64,000 bases of DNA from the NCBI GenBank assembly GCA_964035545.1, contig OZ037765.1, positions 11,542,698 to 11,606,697 of the forward strand, read 5' to 3'. Both the position numbers and the translations under genes were made by a program. Shown here piece by piece: positions 23,929 to 36,900 of the stretch. The DNA comes from Bugula neritina (Eukaryota; Animalia; Bryozoa). The notes below the pieces were generated by a model. The model did no database searches. It saw only the letters and a program-made list of their open reading frames with translations, and was not told where the DNA came from. How positions within the stretch are numbered: position 1 is the stretch's first letter; the number at the start of each line of letters is the position of its first letter.

Positions 23929-26900
23929 CTAGCGTTTTATCTTATTTAGTGTCTGCTTCAACAGCAAATCAAAATCGTCTGCAGGATCTTGTCTCCCCAC
24001 TTCATGTATAGCCCACTCCTCCTTGACAGCAGTACATCCATCTGTGAAGAGTATCAGGTAAAATTAATGACCCAACAACATTTATATGATCAGAGAAATC
24101 ATCAGTCAAAATAGAAAACTCCCTCTAAAAGTTTGCGCACCTTGTCACTATTTCCTACCAGTATATATATAGAATGTATACTCAAAGCCTACCAAACACT
24201 ATTAAATAAAACTCACGCAAGTTTATAGTCACTATTTCTATGAGAACCCTTGATGAAAAAAAATTTTTAAAGCAGGCAAATGATTTATTAATATGTGGCA
24301 CGACAGCAATGCTGACTGGATGCTCTTCCTAACATCAACAATGGCCTTTACTGGGGTTCGAACCCATGACTTTGTGTTCACTAAGCAAACGCTCTAACCC
24401 CTAGACTACGGCTGCTCTCTACCAAACTATTCAAACTATTTAATAATTAAACAAGCGCCAGTTGGTAGAAGACCTTTACAACACTAGTTATAGGAAAATA
24501 TAGCATATGATAGAAACTGCACCAACCTAAATCAGCATAATCTGTTTTACAGAAGAGTCTGCGCCCACCAAAACACAGATTAAAGTTGGGTCCACTCACT
24601 TTGTTGCCATCTAAAAATAAGTGAGAATACAAGATGGAGGACAGATACAATAGAAGTATGGATAGAGTAAACGTGGAGGGAAAATAACTCCAATAGTAAA
24701 CAGCAAGAAATGAACTAGAGATATAACATTGTGTTCCCACTGCATCTCACGATTCCCTTTCTCACGAAATTCCATAGGGGCTTGGACCCCCAATTTGTGG
24801 CTCATGTATAGAGGCAAAACGGTCAAATTTAACAGATCCGTCAGTTAAATCTGGTATTCTACTATGTCACAAATTGAGGTTTCGGGACCGGTGGCTTAAT
24901 GAGATACGGAGGGAACACTGCACTGTTAATTTTTTAAGAAGGACCATCATGCAGTTACAACCATATAAAAAACAACACCTACAAATAACTTGTATAGATA
25001 GTAGATAGTAGCATGTTGACAATATAATCCAGGACTTGAGTTTAGTTAGCAGCAAATTTAGAGAAACTCTGGCACTCAAGCTATAAACTGTTATACAAAC
25101 AAACAGTATCAAACTGAACAGCAATGTTTAAAGACTAAGTTTGTGGCGAGTAGACTAATGCTCACCTTCAATTGCCTTTTGAGCATGCTCAGTACAAAAG
25201 TAAGTCACAAAGCCATAATTGTCACTGCAAAAATGTGAAAAAAAACCAGAATGTAATTGAATACATACTACATTTTAATAAACTGTTTTTACGCCTTTTT
25301 AAATACAGTTGTGGTGGAAAATTCTAAGCATATCAGAGAAGACAAATCAACATAGCTTTTATAAAGGCTGAATTGTACAAGTAACACCTGAAATAATACA
25401 GGAAGTGGTCTAAATATTGCACCAACATAACAGCCATTTTAGATACTACATAGTAAGCGCTAAACTTATAATTACAAACTAAATTGGACAATTATGCACA
25501 ATTTTAGCATAACAAGTCTGTGTGATGAGTCAAAAAGACATCAAACCAGGCTATCATCAATTGAATGATAATTGACCATGAGCAAAAGTTGAGAGAATGA
25601 GTAGATTTAGAATAGTCCCTGCAAACATAAGTAATAGTTTCAAACTAGTTGTAGTTTCAATTTAACAATTGAGTATGTTATGTAGCTATTTAATGAAAAA
25701 TAATTGAGGAACTCCAAATTTAAACCATATTGCAATTATATAATTGATATTGATAACTAAACTAAATATAATGCTGAAATATGAATACATCACATTGATT
25801 TCATACATTAATGGGAATCAACTGGTTAATGCTTATTTAACACAAGGGCACACGCAAGCACCTGTTATGTCTAAAGTGGACAGATGCATCTTCTATCTCC
25901 CCAAACCCTTCAAATCTTTTCCTCAAATCAGAAGGAGTATATTTTCGAGGAATTCCCCCCACATACACCACACGCCTCTCAGCCATTGCTTTATCATGAG
26001 CCTCACTCTTTGCTTGATTTGCACTCCTAACCGGCGATAAGGATCTACTGAAACAAAAGAAAAACAAATTGAAAAACCAACTTAACGGTTTTTAACAACT
26101 TACAAACTGTATAAGAAACTTTGCTGGTCACTAAACTCATTCCCTGCATACCTGTCAGAGCCAGAGTCTCCGTTATAAGATGTTTTCCTTCGCTTTCTTT
26201 TCCATGTTTCATCAAAAGACCTTGACCTAGATCTGCTAGAGCTGGACCACTCTGACGAGCTGTTAAAGTAATTGTAGTAATTAAAGTTTTTGCTCAATTT
26301 AGGTTCATTTAAAATAGTATGTGCATAAAATTGACATTCGATAAATCCAAAGCTAACGAAAAAATTAATTTCTAGTATATTTTAATCAATAGCCAAACTA
26401 GTAGCCAACAACTGCTTTACTCAAGACGCAAGGTTGTACCTGGCACTAGAGCTTCGTCTCCTTTTCCTACTGCTATCCATTAGATTTTCGCCATCATTGA
26501 TGAAATTAGGTGCGGGAGATAAGGGGGGAGTTTGGCTACGTTTTCTCTTTGACACTGAATTTAAACGTGATTGTGAACTGGGTCTTGACTGAGAGGTTGG
26601 ACGTGACTTTGAGTGTGAACGGGAACTCGACCTTGACATTGAATCTGACCAAGATCTGGAGATCGGACTGTCGCTGCCATCACTGTCATCGCTGCTAGCA
26701 CTGGAGACCGATCTTTGTTCGGCTCTTTTTTTATATCTTAAATAGTCAGTAAAATTATTTCAACAGTTACAGCAGACTAGGGATCAATGCAAATGCTACA
26801 CAAACATATATTATGCTGCCAGGTCATGATTTGACAATCTAGTACAAATGGAACTTTCTAGAAAAGTTACGGCACCTTGATCTATGCCGATGTGGTTTGT

Positions 26901-29900
26901 CTAGGGAAGAAGAGTGTCTCTCTATATTATGTTTTTGGGAAGATAAATTGAGGTCCTGTGCATCACAGCCATTAGATCTTTCATTTTGCCTTCAGTAGAG
27001 TAAAATGTTTTACGCTAACAAAACTTGTATGCATTGACCAATGGAAACATGAAAAGAACACAATACGTAGTGCATTGGGTGCATTTATTCTAGCCAGGCT
27101 GGATATAAGATTTGAGAACCATAAGATTAATATATCCTAGTAAAAGATTTTACCCACATGGTATATTTCTATTGATAACCTACTAATATGACCTACTGCA
27201 AAGGTGTTCCTAAAAGTAATATTTAAATGTTATAAGACATAAAAAACGGACACAGCATTGTGAAACAGCTAATAGATTTTGTTGAAGCTCACCTTTTCAA
27301 TTTTTGGTGAGGTTTCTTATGTGGTATCTCCCTGAAATACATAAGCAAGAAACTATAAACACTGGCACAGGGATTTATAGATGGTAATTCAACTTTTAAA
27401 TATTTAGAGGGCCCCACATATACAGAACAGGCAAGGAACATTTACTATACCTTTGGCTCTTCCTTTCGAATTTCTGAGTGCTGTCAGGTGACTTCTTTAT
27501 TTCCTTCACCAAGTTCAAACGGTCACCTAGTAAAGACTTGGCCGCAACAGACTTTACTTTATTTGTGGAAATAGCAGAACGTCCATTTGACTGTGCGGAA
27601 ATGTAATCTACAAAGAAAAATTACTTTTATCTACGATACCCAATGAGTGTTTGAGATGTACATTTGCTCCAACTATATACATTTTCAACAAAAATTTCAG
27701 TCACACGACATCAATTCGTTCCAAAACCATAACATAGAAAACTATCACTGAAATGATGCATACTTTTTTATATTGTCTAGTATACTAAGCCTGTGCTCTA
27801 TAATTCATGTAACACTAACCAATGTAACCATGTTACTTTGTGTGAAGATAATAGCTGAATATTAGTACCCAGCAAACAGCTAGCCACTAAAATGCTATTT
27901 GACATAGTAACATAGCAGTTAGGTACATGCTATTATTATACCTGGCAACTTGTTCAAGACCATTTCTGGCGTGGAGTGTTGCGATTGGTATGAGGCCTTT
28001 CCATGAGGTGTATCTGTGAATGAGCGCGACAACTCAAATGTCTTTGTAGAATCTACACCAAGATATTACAACAGTTTATACTTTATAGTAATGAGAAGAC
28101 CTAGAGATACCAGAAGGTGTATCACTGTAAACTAGCAGATACTGCATACCAATCAAATTTTCTATTGCAAAAGTGATACCACATAAACTTGAAATACTAT
28201 AAACATTAACATGATGTAAATTATGTTTTTTTTAAAAATAACTCATATATGTATGATCAAAATAATCAAATTAGTATTTGCAATACTGACCAACTTTCTT
28301 ATGATTGGTCAAGGGTTGATCGCTGGCCTGTTTTTTGGCTTTTAAATTGCTGGTGGCTTCTTCCACTTTCAAAGTCTGCGCCACGCTTCCAGATTCTATA
28401 ACTTTAGTATATTTAGAAGTGTTTGGTGATGATTTTATTTCTATAATTTTTGTAGTAACACCCTGACTAAGTATCTCCTTTACTTTAGTATTTCTATTCT
28501 TCATTATAAGGTCAGTACTGTTACTAGAATGCGTAGTTTTTGGAGAGAAATCAATTAATTGGTTTGAATTGTAATTCAATGAATTTGCTGGCAAGGACTT
28601 CCTTGGAACTGCCATAACATGCGACTTTTGCTGTTGATGTGAAACTAAAACACTAGGCCCCTTGGTTTTATGAACATTTGCGTCAGCTTTCGTCTTTTTG
28701 AAAACCTCACCATTATTTCGTTCAAGTGTCTTAGTGGGTAGATTTCCAGAATTTTTCTTCAATAAAGACACTGGTGCAGACTTGGGTTTGGCCGAAATTG
28801 TGAAAGGTTGATTAGGGATTTGTGATGACGCCAATTTGGACGAAATTAGAGACTGGTTTGTGATGACCTGCGGCTTTTCACGGGGGAGAGTTATGTGAAT
28901 TATCTGTTTACTGGGCCTGTTTAAAGAGCTAGTTTCAGTACTTGTAGTGACCGGTATTTTTGTTCCACTGGCATCACATGATGCTAATTCGGTACTTTCA
29001 ATAGGTTGGCTCATATTAGGTAGTGGGCTTTGCGATGATATTGCTGGAAAGTCTGTATAAATAATTTTGCTAGAGGAAGTTGAACCTGCTGTTGATGTAG
29101 TTGGGGCTAAAAGTGGCATAGTCTCCTCATTTACTGTACTATTGGCTATATCACAAAACAAAACCATAGAATATAAACAGTCATATATTATACGGTATCA
29201 GAAAACTATGCATATAATCACTTTCAAGCAACTAAAATTTTACTAACTTGAGATTAAAAGTTTTAACTTACAATCTTGTCGCTCAAACTGATCAATCAAA
29301 CTAGCCATATCTTCGGCCTCAATGCCACCTAACTCTGAAAGCACACAGAGCAATGTCAAAAACATCTCATTTTCATCACCAAAAACAGATAATATATGGA
29401 TCATAAATACAGCTCTTCATCAATTTACCAGAAAGCAATTTCTCCACTTCTTCCTCAAAAGCAGCTACATCGGGTATGTCAGCTGAACCAGGCATTCCAG
29501 CCGTATTAGATCCACCAACTGAACCAGGCACTTCAGCCAAACTAGGTCCATTATCCACACCGGAAACACTAACTGAACCGTGTATAGTCATTGGCATTGA
29601 AGGCAAATCGACTATTTCCGTCTCGATACATTCTTGCTGAACAAATCCAAATGACGGAGGGAGAATGCTGTCAGCTGCTGATTCAACAAAAGATTTTGTC
29701 TCTTCTGGCACAACTGAGCTGTCATCAACAGTTTCAATGTCAACATATTCCTCATCCGAGACATTTGAAATAAATTGAGTTGCTTCACTGTACGTTTCAT
29801 TTGACTGAATGTCATATTGGTTAGTGTGAAAAGCGTCTAGCTCGCTCACATACTCGATGTTGGGATAAATACCAGCCACGGCTTCTACAACTACTTTCGG

Positions 29901-29954
29901 GTCAGAAAAATCTGATGACGAATCAAGAAAGTCATGGATGTCAAAAAGCTCCAT
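23929..29954 (-). CDS. PPRC1: PGC-1 family coactivator (PPRC1/spargel-like) with RS region and C-terminal RRM
   Basis: Exons include 29954-29429, 29334-29272, 29145-28291, 28052-27942, several small internal exons, the RRM exons (about 26044-25862, 25224-25166, 24610-24527) and last exon 24041-23929. Motifs: GIEAEDMASLIDQFE, Ser/Arg tract, ERRVVYVGGI, DNYGFVTY, FNLCFGGRRLFCKTDYADLD, DFDLLLKQ. Confidence 0.88.
24215..24419 (-). mobile_element. tRNA-derived SINE (family A), copy 1
   Basis: Minus strand reads GAGAGCAGCCGTAGTCTAGGGGTTAGAGCG (A box) ... GGGTTCGAACCC (B box) ... AGGAAGAGCATCCAGTC ... GTGACTATAAACTTGCGT. A homologous copy lies at 48444-48640. Confidence 0.75.
24729..24920. mobile_element. 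Palindromic MITE with Tigger/pogo-like ends
   Basis: TIR GTGTTCCCACTGCATCTCA vs TGAGATACGGAGGGAACAC(TG); inner arms CCCCAATTTGTGGC / GTCACAAATTGAGG; central ATTTAAC..GTTAAAT. Confidence 0.65.
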
Positions 29955-30829
29955 TATCTAAAAAAATTGAAAATCGTCTTTTTAGTAATATAATTTCTAT
30001 GTTAGCAGCAATCAAGTTACTTGCCACCGACATAATTAAAGAGTTTGGTAAGTTTATAAAATCAACATCAAAATATTATATAAAAGTATAGAGTTGGAGA
30101 AACAGAATTTAATTTGAATATTTAGCAACCACTGATTTCAATAAACCTCATAATAATGGTTATAGTACAATACATATATTAGTAGTTACAGTGCAATACT
30201 AGAAAACTGTAAATATCTATTGTTTCACTACTACAATATCTGAGGCACGCCGGTAGTCTAACAGTCATTCTTTGTGTCTATGTTCTAGCCTGTAACTCTA
30301 GAGTCTAGCCTCTTAGGCCTATGGCTATTGGCAGCACAAATTGTTCATGTTTTAGATACCTTAAATCTTTGAGGGCAATAACTATATTTAGCCTAATAAT
30401 TAACAAGTTTATCAATTAACAAACATTATGATTTACTACTTACAGAACCATAACATTAATACAGATCTATAATAATTAATACTATACTAATAATCATTGA
30501 GGCATAATAGAATGATAATCATAATTATTAATTTATCTTGAATGCTGCCATTTATCATGAATCAAATTCAATATGAATATAAATATTCCTGAATATCAAC
30601 ATATAATTTATTTGCATAAAATAAAATATTACAATTTTTTATAGTAATAATGCATTCACAACACTTGTAGTTATACTAATACTTATATTTAATAACTTTT
30701 AGTCTTATACCAGCACAACAGATAATCATAATCAGTCATAATTACCTTAAAGTTAATAATTAAACTGTTGATGCAATATGAAATTTTGTGCTTAGCATCA
30801 GTACGGGTATGACGCTGATATTGGTAATC

Positions 30830-31130
30830 ATAATTAATAATTATTATTATATCAATACTCAAACTGAAACTGACTATCAGTATCACCGTGAGTATTACTA
30901 TTAGTATTAGTATACTTTAGCTGATACTGAACCTCAGTCTGATACTCATACCGTAATAGTAATACTAATAACTACTAAGTAATACTAATAGTAATACTTA
31001 GTCTTATACTAATTGAAGCAATTGTAAATACTAAATAGTAAATACTAATAGTAATAGTAATAGTGTTACATTGTCATTGTGATTGTGATTATCATTATGA
31101 TTACCATTATCAGGTTATGATTATGACTTG
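30830..31130. repeat. Degenerate ACT/AGT/AAT-ATN low-complexity tract
   Basis: For example ACTATCAGTATC and AATACTAATAGTAATACT; upstream of the PGC-1-like ATG. Confidence 0.65.
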
Positions 31131-32200
31131 AACAATTAGCTAATCGTATAACAATTATTATAAAAAAACAGCATTGAAGCTTTTTGTGTTGTCAGGATCA
31201 ATCAGCTTGTTACCTTTTTTGCATGATGAGGACTATGCCCATTAGCTAATATAAATACTAATAGTAATGGTGAATAATGCAAAAAAATCTCTATTGCCGA
31301 GAGTGGATCCACGAGGCGTTCATGACACGGCGGAGTGAAGTTGGCATAATAGTATAAACGGCTAAAGCAGTTTTGCTCGCCATCTGAAAACCGCGTAGGC
31401 TTTACATTGAGTGATAAGCATTTAGGCTAAAGGTAAAACCACTGGACTGTAGAGTTATCCTCTCCCTTATAATTTTAATTTTGTACTAGGGTGAGTGTAT
31501 TCCCCGGTTTTCTCACTGGAGGAGCCGAAAACCGATGTGTAAAATATGTATCCTTATTAAAACAAAACAAAGTGTAGTTCATCAGCTTACTTTATTTCAA
31601 CAACAAACCATTGCTGACTGGTAACAATAGTTATAGTAAATACATGAATATGAACTTCATTACAATGAGACATACACTTCAGTTTTACACTTTTACTTAC
31701 TGTAATGTAACATGTTTTATACACGGCACGTTTGATGTAAATAATTATTATAAAGAAATTTTTCGGAGTACCTAGTCTGGGAATTGATAAACATATAATT
31801 ATAATAGGACAGTCGAACATCATGAAAGAGATGATATGAACAGGTTTTAGAGTACCAATTTTTCTTCAAAGGTGCTAGTTTTTGTTAGCTCTGAGCTCTT
31901 GCTTGTTGGTTTAAGACACATTTATAATATATTTTTAGATATTCAACTTTTCTATTGTTATCCTTTAATGTAAGCAATTTGTTAACTTATGCAAATTAAA
32001 AAACATTGAGTGACTTTGATAGAAGACATTGTATTATAAGCAGATCGATTAGATCTAGTGGTCAATTCTACTACTTAAATAATATTCAGAAGGCTGTTTC
32101 TGTAGGCGTTTTAGGTGCTGGTATTATCTTAATGATGAGCTTCTACATGATAGACAAGTATTCTACAGTTTTAGCTTTTGCTCTTGTGCAGAGGTAGTTG

Positions 32201-32350
32201 CAGTAATAGAGAAATTGAGAGAAGCCTGTGTTCTAGGTTAGTAATGTAGCAAAAGAAGTTATATTCTCGCAAGAACTGTGACCTGCGTCCCAAACCAAAG
32301 TTCATAAAATAATTTAAAGAACTTAGGCTATCTCAATTTCTCCACTACTG
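32201..32350. mobile_element. About 150-bp MITE with about 26-bp TIRs
   Basis: Left end CAGTAATAGAGAAATTGAGAGAAGCCT vs reverse complement of right end CAGTAGTGGAGAAATTGAGATAGCCT. Second copy at 18929-19073. No clear TSD. Confidence 0.75.
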
Positions 32351-33934
32351 CTTGTGTAATTACTACTATGTGCTTATAATTTATGTAATTGCAGTGATCT
32401 TTAATTGCCTTATACTATTTGCCTCTATTGTCTAACAACTAATTTCATGTACCACTGTGAATGCTAACACTGTCATAAAATAATTATTGTTTTTGAGTGC
32501 ATGGATTATGGTGTCCTGTTAGTAAAAAATGTCACTTCAGAACCTAACATCTGACTTTAAAGCACTGTGAATAAATATTGTAGGTTTAGAGATTCTGCTG
32601 ATGTATTTCAGGTAATGAATATTCTGTATGCTTATAATAAAATATTTCTGTAGGTTTAAGTTGACTATAATGGAGTTGTGTTCCTAACTAACTTCAGCAA
32701 CAGGAAAAGCTGTATTAGCGGTATTAGTTTATTCTGTATAATATGGCTCAATGGAATATACCATTATAACATAAACAATACACATAATAACATCAACATA
32801 ATAAGTCAAAACTTGCAAAATTCAATCATCTGAATTGGTGTTGAGTCCGTGGTTAATTTGTGTTTGATATTGGAATTTTGGTATTTGTTTTCAGTATCTT
32901 TAATGTTTCAAGTTTCATGATGGTACATGACTTTTTAGTGCTGTTATGCAAAGATATCAGTGTTATAAATATCTTGCCACAAAACTGCTGCCACAAGCTT
33001 CTGCTAGTTTTCAGTAAACAAATTTATACCCGTAGTAAGGCATAAGTTGTCCAAAAAATACAAAGTACCAAAAACAGCGTAGAAGAAAAAAATGAGTATC
33101 AAAAATACTGACAAGCTAGCAGCCGAATGATTTGGTATTTTCAGCATTTCCAATATTAGCTCAACACTAACCTGAATCTGAAAAAATTTATTTAGCATAA
33201 TAAATCACTGCATTTGACGGATAACTAACCAGATTTTCTAAGCTACCTATGGACAGGGTACACGAGTGAAAATGTACTAAATGGCGTAAATGCACATATT
33301 TGCACTTTGCAGCTACCATTTATACTTTGTATGCCAAAAACAATTATAACTAGCAAGGTATATTATAGGGCATCCCTCTCAATAAGTAAATAGTTATTGA
33401 GAGATTTTTATTCTATACACGCCTCTGTTGTCTGGTAACAAAACTGGTATTGTTGATGATCAATCAGCAGTTTATTTTTAAAAACACATTTTTCAATTTG
33501 TAGATTTCCAAAAAAATAGAGAGCTACGTTGTAACAACTTTGGCCTAATGCTATAAGTCTAGCAAAAACCATAACCAACAAATAATTTTAAAAAACTCAA
33601 AACATGGTGGTGCTGATTAATGCACATGAATACAGTTATGCAAATCAAAACCAGTTTTTATACACTTTAGAAAACTTGATCGATTCTTACAGACACTAAA
33701 TTTCATAGGTTATAAAATTGATTTTAAAAGTAATAAACATGTTATTAACTTTACTAATCTAAAATAATGTTCCTACATTAAATGGTTTTAAGTTGTTTAC
33801 TGTAAAAATAAATAAATCACATAGCAAAATTATATGTATTTTTGCATAATGATGCATACATATATTGGATAATGTAGTTGTACACTGTAATTAGCACCAA
33901 TTATAAAGTCATGTAGCTATTTAAACAAATAATG

Positions 33935-36900
33935 TTAGTTATTTGATCGGTTTACAAATACCACAATGTCATCCATTGCCATGTTGTACTGGGTAGGACA
34001 AAGGCCATCGCTGTAAAATACAACAGGTAGTCCTGTGAATTATGAAAAGCACTTCATTAAAACCAACATGACAGAAATAGTTTTAGTGCTTCCACAAGGC
34101 TATTTCACACCAAAAAACACCAAACATTAGGTGTGCTTAATTTTTGGTAGTTGTAATACCAAGTGTGGGTTTAGCTGTTTAAAATGCTACTGAAACAAAC
34201 TATACACATAATATATCATTGAACAAATATTTATTGCATTATTAAATCCCCCTTAGCAATAATTTTCTGTTTTATGCAAAATAGAAAACAATCCGAATTA
34301 AATAGGCTTTACCATGAATGGGCTATTGTAGAACATATTTGCCTACATTATAAAGTAAGAACTTTTCTAATGACATCAAAGCTAATAAGATGTGAGACTA
34401 ATGAGATGAACAGCTAACATTTTGTAGTGCTGTAATTTCCCAGTAGTCCTGGTGGTGTAATGGTTAGCACACTTGCTTACAAGGCGGAGGTCTGGGCTTC
34501 GAATCTCAGTGAGGACAATTATTCTTCTGATTTTTACACTCAACTCTGCTGCAGACAGGTTGAAAAGGAGTAAAAATTATTCTGTTAAAGCCTAGATGTA
34601 ACCACAGTTCATGAACCTCACCTGAAAAATCCATGAGGTGCGCTATCATATATTTTGAGTTGAACATCAACACCCTCTTCCTTCAGCCGTTCATAGTACA
34701 AAATACCTTCATCTCTCAATACATCTGCTTTAGCCAATAAAATTAGAGTTCTTGACAAGCCAGATATGTCATCGTTAAACAGTGGTGAAGCGGTTTTGTC
34801 TAACACAGCAGCCACCTACCACCATCGATGTTTATAGCATATTCTATTCAACAGCAACTTATGCATTCATTAGAAAACCTGAGATGGTACTTACAATCAA
34901 CAGCTAATGCTTATTTGTTCTAGCTCATTTACATTTATAGTCTACTTTCTCTGAACATTTGTACAACAAATACCTTCTGGGAAAGTTCTACATCACATTT
35001 TTCTGACATTGAAACTTTATCTTTCAAATATTTGCTGAATATCTCAATACTTCGATCACTCCTGCATACATGTCTTCCATCCAGAACAGCTTGATGGTAC
35101 TTTGTTGAAGAAATATTGAAATAAGTTGTGAGAAATTTAGCCATTAAAGTTCTCGTGAGGGGCCCAAAAGACTAAAATAAAGACAAATTGTGGTTGTAAA
35201 GTGTAATACAAACAACGAACACATTATATTCCTTGTTACAAATGTTAAACCTTCGATAGTAATTTCTCAATATTTGTGGTAAATATAAGCCTTATCATTC
35301 ATTTTTGTTGGAAATTAAAGTAACATAATAACTACTTTAGTGAACTTCTCTTTTTTAGTGATTGAATTATGTAATTTATATTGCAAAACATAACTACAAT
35401 AGATAATTCATACTTCAGTATAGGAAGAAGGGAGATCAAATGTTGCCATCTGTAATGTTGGATATACAAGAATAACTCCAGCCAAGTTGATAGAATGTTT
35501 TTCAATCAGCATGTCATTGATAACAGCAGCAAAATTTCCTCCACTACTTTCACCTATCAATAAATTTAGATGCAAAAATGAGATGAATTTAGTTTGACAG
35601 ACATCAACAGAAAACCTATAAATATATAATAAAATCTACTGAATTTTTTTTATAAATTGTATGCATGTATCTTTTACTCTTAATAAAACATGATAATTGT
35701 ATTGCAAGATTAGGTAGCTATAAAAGAAAACAAACAGGTTAGTTTCATTTTCATTAGCATATTTTGTGCACTATAAGTAATTGCTCATTAAAATATTTTG
35801 TTAAACATTTTTTGTTTCATTTAATTGACATTTCTAAAATGTAATAGTTAAACGTAAAAGTTAAATTTCGTATTTAATATAGCAGTATATTATTATAAAA
35901 TTATATATTAAAAAGACTAAAGTAAAAAAGTGATACCCAGTCTATGTGGAAAATAGCAAACGATTAGTTTATAACTACATGTAAATGAGAGGCAGCACTT
36001 TTTATAGAATCCTATTTTAAGCATTATAACTATATAATGAGCAATAGCGAACAACAAAAATTTAATTTTTTAGCGAAGTATAAACTTTTGCAATACTTTT
36101 GATTTTTATCTTTCTTCTATTTTAAGATCAAAAGAAGGTATCAAGTTTATTTGAATCATCTCAGCTTGTAAAACTAAAAATAAGTTTTCTATGCTTTTGA
36201 TTTCTTAATGAAAGATAAGAGATGTCTTTAATTAAGACCTAAATTACTTAGCTTGGCATTCAGATTCAAACGATGTTTTGCTATAAATTTACTAACTAAT
36301 AAAAAACTGTATTTTCTATAGCCTAAACTTTTAAATTTTTGATAAAATGGCACCCAAATCCGATGTCATAACATGTTATATTTTAGTCTAACCTGAAATA
36401 TACAAGCGATTCTGGTCTATGCCATACTGGTTGGAATGATCATAGACATATTTGGTCACCGCGAAGCAATCATTTAATCCAACAGGGTGTGGATATTCTG
36501 GAGCTTGTCTGTAACTACATTAAATAAAACATTTTTGTCACAACATGTAATTAATGTTATAAATTTTTATAAAACAAAAAGTCATTTTTCATCATGTGAC
36601 ATTTTGCTGCTTGGTCTCAATAAAGCATGACTATTTGAAACACTTACTCTACTGATATGACAATAGAACCTGTTCTATTAGCTAAGTCCATGGCAATATC
36701 ATGGTAGAACCCTTCTAAAAAAATTAATGATAAAGTATTGAGATTTGCAATGCATTAATATGTGCAATTGCTACTCGACCCTACAGAAGTTGAATACCAG
36801 CATAATACCATAAACTAAAACCTAAAAAAAACATAAATACTGTAGCTATGAATGAACTGTTACATCACGAATATAGCTCACCAATAGACAAGCAACAGAA

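Noticed and set aside
31505-31534. 8-bp inverted repeat CGGTTTTC/GAAAACCG near the PGC-1-like promoter
   Set aside because: A single short hairpin is expected by chance in 64 kb; no other support.
32006-32197. Small hydrophobic + strand ORF, possible gene divergent from the PGC-1-like gene
   Set aside because: Could not be joined to a start and downstream exons in a consistent frame; no family motif. A non-coding transcript is not excluded.
33004-33198. Candidate last exon of the esterase
   Set aside because: Exon 34010-33935 fits the phase and gives the expected amphipathic C-terminal helix; this region stops almost at once in the required frame.
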